Source of the DNA: Eledone cirrhosa
Taxonomy: Eukaryota
Direction: 5' to 3'
Length of the DNA: 64,000 nucleotides
Assembly: GCA_964016885.1 (NCBI GenBank)
Contig: OZ024740.1
Location: forward strand, 342,984,001 to 343,048,000
Positions 59,041 through 64,000 of this stretch are shown here, piece by piece. Every line of letters starts with the position of its first letter. The first letter of the stretch is position 1. Both the position numbers and the translations under genes were made by a program. The notes below the pieces were generated by a model. The model was not told the DNA's origin. It was given only the letters and a program-made list of their open reading frames with translations, and did no database searches.

Positions 59041-60672
59041 TATCTTTCTCTTAATTTCGAGTATATTCTTTTTTACCGGCCACCTTCCTGGTGGCAAGGT
59101 TGTAAAAGAAAAGAAATTGTCATCCCTTGAATCGCAAGAATGTTTTGCAAATGTTTAAGGTGCCAGCTATCGCAGCCATTTGTAGACTATGAATTAGGGA
59201 GTTGCGCTTTTTGTCCGCAAATCCAAGTTCAGTCATACTTTGGTCCAAGCGGGTTGGTATATAACCCGTAGCTCCAATAATGATGGGTATGAAGCTAAAG
59301 GTGTATCTTGGATACTGGATTTGTAAACTCCTCATCAATGGTCCGTAGATGTCCTCCTTCTCCTGTATTTTTCTGACAACGTTTACATCAAGTGGGCAGC
59401 TGATCTCCACAACAGAACACGTTTTCAATGTGTGGTCCCAAACAACAATATCAGGCCGGTTGTGCTTTAATTTGGTGGCAGTTTTTATTTTCAGGTTCCA
59501 CCAGTATTCCTTAGTGCCATCTGTCTCAATATATTCTTCCTCGTTTGTTGTTAATTTTGTTTTCCGAAGTGCGTTCCAGATGGTTCAAGCTATCCCATCG
59601 TGTCTCATGAGGAGGTAGTAGCGAGATGACATTCTTTCGCAGCTGGCAACAATGTGGCTTACATCCTCGATCTTTGTTTTACATAACCTACATTTATTGT
59701 CAGCTGCTGGCCCTCCTCTTTTGTGCAGCAGATATTTGGTAGGGAGTTCTTGTTCCTGTATTGCATAGAGATATCCCTCAAGGTGTGATGTCATAAACTT
59801 GTCGGAACTCCATGCCAGGCTTTTTGAGTGGTTTATCCCCTCTATGGTCTGTGTTTTACGCCTCAAGTATCCATGCACAACTTTTTCTGGACATTGGTCA
59901 ATTTTTTTATCTTGTTTGAACATTGAATAGGATCTTTCGATTTCGCTGGGTGAGAGATTTATATCAGGCTTTATTCCATATCTCTCCTCCAGATCAGTCG
60001 CTATTCTAATGATATATTTTTTTTCATGCTCATAAGCCTGGGCAAGATGGTTGCCAACCTTTTTCCTCTGTTGAAGGTGTTGCTGCAGTGTTACTATCCG
60101 GGTCTCATATGTTGTTAATATTGATTTTAGACCACGGCCACCTTCCTTGCGTGAGAAGTATAGCCTATCCACATCACCATTGATGTTAAAGTTCCCAGTA
60201 ACACTGAGAAGTTTTCGAGTTCTAACATCCATCTCACTTAGTTCTTGCAATGACCAGTTCAGCAGGCCAAATGTTGGCGTTAGAATTGGCACAGCATAAG
60301 TATTGTGGGCAATGTATTTATTGTATGCTGACAGTTCTGATGACCATATTTTCTTTACTCTTCTGAGGTATTCAGTTCTGGTTCTCTCCTTATTTATGGG
60401 TCCATCATATCTGACATTCTCATCCTGTCCAAGATATCTGTAGTTGTCACCTGACTGCAGAGGTTGTATTGTCAGGCCGTTCATCTCTAGATTTCTAGAG
60501 GAGGGCACAGCTCTTCCACGTTTTATTGCCAAATATGCACACTTGGACTCACCAAATTTCCTTTTGATGTCGGTTGAAAATTGTGTAATGAGGTCTAATT
60601 GTTTCTTGATGTCATTGATATTTGGCCCATACAACTTCAGGTCATCAACAAAGAAAAGATGGGAGATACTTT
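59041..60672 (-). mobile_element. R4/Dong-like RLE non-LTR retrotransposon, family A, 5'-truncated
   Basis: ISHLFFVDDLKLY, RLYFSRKEGGRGL, CRLC...EDVSHIVASC (CCHC), RHD, KHNRPDIVVWD, VVEISCP, IPIIIGATG; one in-frame stop at 59585; (TATG)n on both sides. Confidence 0.92.
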
Positions 60673-60692
60673 TATGTATGTATGTATGTATG

Positions 60693-60726
<34 letters not shown>

Positions 60727-60776
60727 TGTATGTATGTATGTATGTATGTATGTATGTATGTATGTATGTATGTATG

Positions 60777-61412
60777 TTCTTCTGGTTTTATAATTTCACA
60801 AATTTTTGCCAATAGAGAGAGAGTCGGTTTCTAACATAGACACAAGACTCTCTCTTTGGAATTTACACAACATCAACTAGGTAGATATGTATACATGTCT
60901 GCATGCATGCATGTGTAGATATGGATGTTATTGTATGTGTGGATGTGGATGTTTTGAGTTGTATGTGTGCATGTGTATATGATTTGTATCTGTAGATGTG
61001 TATATGCAGTTATTAGATGCAAAATATTTGGAATGTTTTACATATTTTTACTGTTCCATTAATGGATTGTACTTGCAGTTTCCTAACTAGTTGTGTTCTT
61101 TCTGTTCCTGTGAAGCCTAGCTTCTCAAGATTTGTATTGAGGCAGTTACTAACATATCCCAGTGCCCCAATAATCACAGGAATAAATCTGAAGGTGTAAT
61201 CAGGGTGGAGTATCTGCAGATTTCTCATCAGTTCTGCATAAATATTTTCCTTTTCGCTAATCTTTGATATTATATTGGCATCTGCTGGACAGCTAATTTC
61301 CACTACTGTGCATGCTTTCTTTTCCCTTTTCCATATCATAATATCTGGTCTGTTATGCCTGCATTTTATTGTGGTTTTTACTGGAACATTCCACCAGTAC
61401 TCTTTCATATTA
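60777..61412 (-). mobile_element. R4/Dong-like family B 3' fragment (second copy 61660-62148)
   Basis: HNRPDIMIW...VVEISCPAD...IPVIIGALG; distinct ~235-bp 3' UTR. Confidence 0.88.
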
Positions 61413-61450
61413 TGTATATGTATGTCTTCCACATATGTATGTATGTATGT

Positions 61451-62145
61451 TATCTCTTTCTCTTAATTTCGAGTATATTTTTGACCGGCCGCCTTCCTGG
61501 TGGCAAGGTTGTAAAAGAAAAGAAATTGTCATCCCTTGAATCGCAAGAATGTTTGCAAATTTTGAAGGTGCCAGCTATGTATGTATGTATGTATGTATGT
61601 ATGTATGTATGTATGTATGTATGTATGTATGTATGTATGTATGTATGTATGTATGTATGTTCTTCTGGTTTTATAATTTCACAAAGTTTTACCAATAGAG
61701 AGAGAGTCGGTTTCTAACATAGACACAAGACTCACTCATTGGAATTTACACAACATCAACTAGGTAGATATGTATGTATGCATGCATGTGTAGATATGGA
61801 TGTTATTGTATGTGTGGATGTGGATGTTTTGAGTTGTATGTGTGCATGTGAATATGCTTTGTATCTGTACATGTGTATATGCAGTTATTAGGTGCAAAAT
61901 CTTTGGAATTATTTACATATTTTTACTGTTCCATTAATGGATTGTACTTGTAATTTCCTAACTAGTTGTGTTCTTTCTGTTCCTGTGAAGCCTAACTTCT
62001 CAAGATTTGTATTGAGGCAGTTACTAACATATCCCAGTGCCCCAATAATCACAGGAATAAATCTGAAGGTGTAATCAGGGTGGAGTATCTGCAGATTTCT
62101 CATCAGTTCTGCATAAATATTTTCCTTTTCACTAATCTTTGATAT

Positions 62146-62177
<32 letters not shown>

Positions 62178-63510
62178 TGTATGTATGTATGTATGTATGT
62201 ATGTATGTATGTATGTATGTATGTTATGTCTTTCTCTTAATTTCGAGTATTTTTTTTTACCGGCCACCTTCCTGGTGGCAAGGTTGTAAAAGAAAAGAAA
62301 TTGTCATCCCTTGAATCGCAAGAATGTTTTGCAAATTTTGAAGGTGCCAGTTGGTGCTACTGGTAACATGTATCCCAGTACAACCTGTCTCATGGTCGGG
62401 TCGTTGGCGACTAAACTGGCAACCCCACCAAGGTTTCTTGGTGAGGAGGGTGACTTTGGACATCCTGCAGGACTAAAAACAAAACCTGTCAAAGGGCAAA
62501 GGAGCTCCTAAGAGTCAATGGCCATCCAAAATCACCGGGAGAGATGACCCCTTAGCCTTTGTCAAGGCAGAATTCTAGGAGAAGGAAAACTCTGATATAA
62601 CACCTGCAACCCTGATGGTATCCAATGATGTTGACTTGTTCTTCTTTTTGGTAAATATCATCTTGGTTAAGAGAGTGGGACTGGCTTTGTGCAGTGCCTT
62701 TGCTCACTATAAAAGCTTCACGGCACAGGCATTGCTTTATATCTGGAGATCTCTCTGCACTTGTCGTCACATGGTACCATGGGCCCAGCACTATGTGTCA
62801 ATAATTGTCACAAGTGTAGTGTTTGTACCAGAGTTTTCAAGTCGCTGGCTGGACTAAAAAGTCACATTCGGTAGGGGTTCTCCTACATGTATATAAAGTA
62901 GTGGCCGTACTCGAAAACGAGTTGGCAGCCACCATGTATGTATGTATGTATGTATGTATGTATGTATGTATGTACGTACGTACGTACGTAGTATGTATGT
63001 ATGTATGTATGTATGTATGTATGTATGTATGTATGTATGTATGTATGTATGTATGTATGTATGTACGTACGTACGTACGTACGTACGTATGTATGTATGT
63101 ATGTATGTATGTATGTATGTATGTATGTATGTATGTATGTATGTATGTATGTATGTACGTACGTATGTATGTATGTTTATCTCTTTCTCTTAATTTCACG
63201 TATATTTTTTTTGACCGGCCACCTTCCTGGTGGCAACGTTGTAAAAGAAAAAAAATTGTCATCCCTTGAATCGCAAGAATGTTTTGCAAATTTTGAAGGT
63301 GCCAGCTATCGCAGCCATTTGTATATGGTATGTAGCCTTCATGTAAGCCGTAATTACACACGTCCGATTATCGGACACTGACCACAACGGTCGCCATTGT
63401 ATGTATGTATGTATGTATGTATGTATGTATGTATGTATGTATGTATGTTATCTCTTTCTCTTAATTTCGAGTATATTTTTTTGACCGGCCACCATCCTGG
63501 TGGCAAGGCT
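61451..63510 (-). mobile_element. Four short family-A 3' ends (61451-61578, 62225-62350, 63177-63398, 63448-63510)
   Basis: Same 3' terminus tctttctcttaatttcgag...gccacc ttcct ggtggc, variable 5' truncation. Confidence 0.88.
62351..62935 (+). mobile_element. Non-autonomous RTE-related element (N2); 5'-truncated copy N3 at 63581-63953
   Basis: Fixed 3' end tggccgtactcgaaaacgagttggcagcccacc-ATGTATG; homology to 31506-32131. Confidence 0.75.
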
Positions 63511-64000
63511 TATGTATGTATGTATGTATGTATGTATGTATGTATGTATGTATGTATGTATGTATGTATGTATGTATGTATGGAGAAGGAAAACTCTGAT
63601 ATAACACCTGCAACCCTGATGGTATCCAATGATGTTGACTTGTTCTTCTTTTTGGTAAATATCATCTTGGTTAAGAGAGTGGGACCGGCTTTGTGCAGTG
63701 CCTTTGCTCACTATAAAAGCTTCACGGCACAGGCATTGCTTTATATCTGGAGATCTCTCTGCATTTGTCGTCACATGGTACCATGGGCCCAGCACTATGT
63801 GTCAATAATTGTCACAAGTGTAGTGTTTGTACCAGAGTTTTTAAGTCGCTGGCTGGACTGGGGAGGTCACACTCGTTCAGCGCATCGGTAAAGATTCTCC
63901 TACATCGATATAAAGTAGTGGCCGTACTCGAAAACGAGTTGGCAGCCACCATGTATGTATGTATGTATGTATGTATGTATGTATGTATGTATGTATGTAT

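Noticed and set aside
58871-63891. MYVC/HTYI ORFs
   Set aside because: (TATG)n translations
58965-64000. CRISPR-like repeat/spacer appearance
   Set aside because: Repeats are microsatellites of variable length and the spacers are retroelement ends; eukaryotic context, no cas genes

Overview
Eukaryotic, AT-rich, repeat-dominated animal DNA. The very long (TA)n/(TATG)n tracts, the tandem C2H2 zinc-finger gene and the SINE/RTE/Penelope content suggest a cephalopod (Octopus-like); this is inference. Almost all long ORFs in the track are microsatellite artefacts. The real content is: (1) a frameshifted, SINE-interrupted C2H2 zinc-finger gene (36.1-37.9 kb); (2) two Penelope-like elements (PLEs) with RT + GIY-YIG, plus many short PLE-type fragments embedded in (TA)n, carrying about 9 canonical or near-canonical and 4 variant-core type-I hammerhead ribozyme motifs read by eye; (3) a 4.5-copy, 609-bp tandem array inside (TA)n that ends in a fold-back; (4) a (TATG)n-associated set: an RTE LINE, a non-autonomous element sharing its 3' stem-loop, and two R4/Dong-like RLE retrotransposon families stacked in the opposite orientation (59-64 kb); (5) CR1-like, mariner, Helitron-like and SINE relics; (6) a low-complexity region at 0-8 kb with a possible phase-1 micro-exon gene remnant. 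All structures were derived by manual reading and no database search was run.
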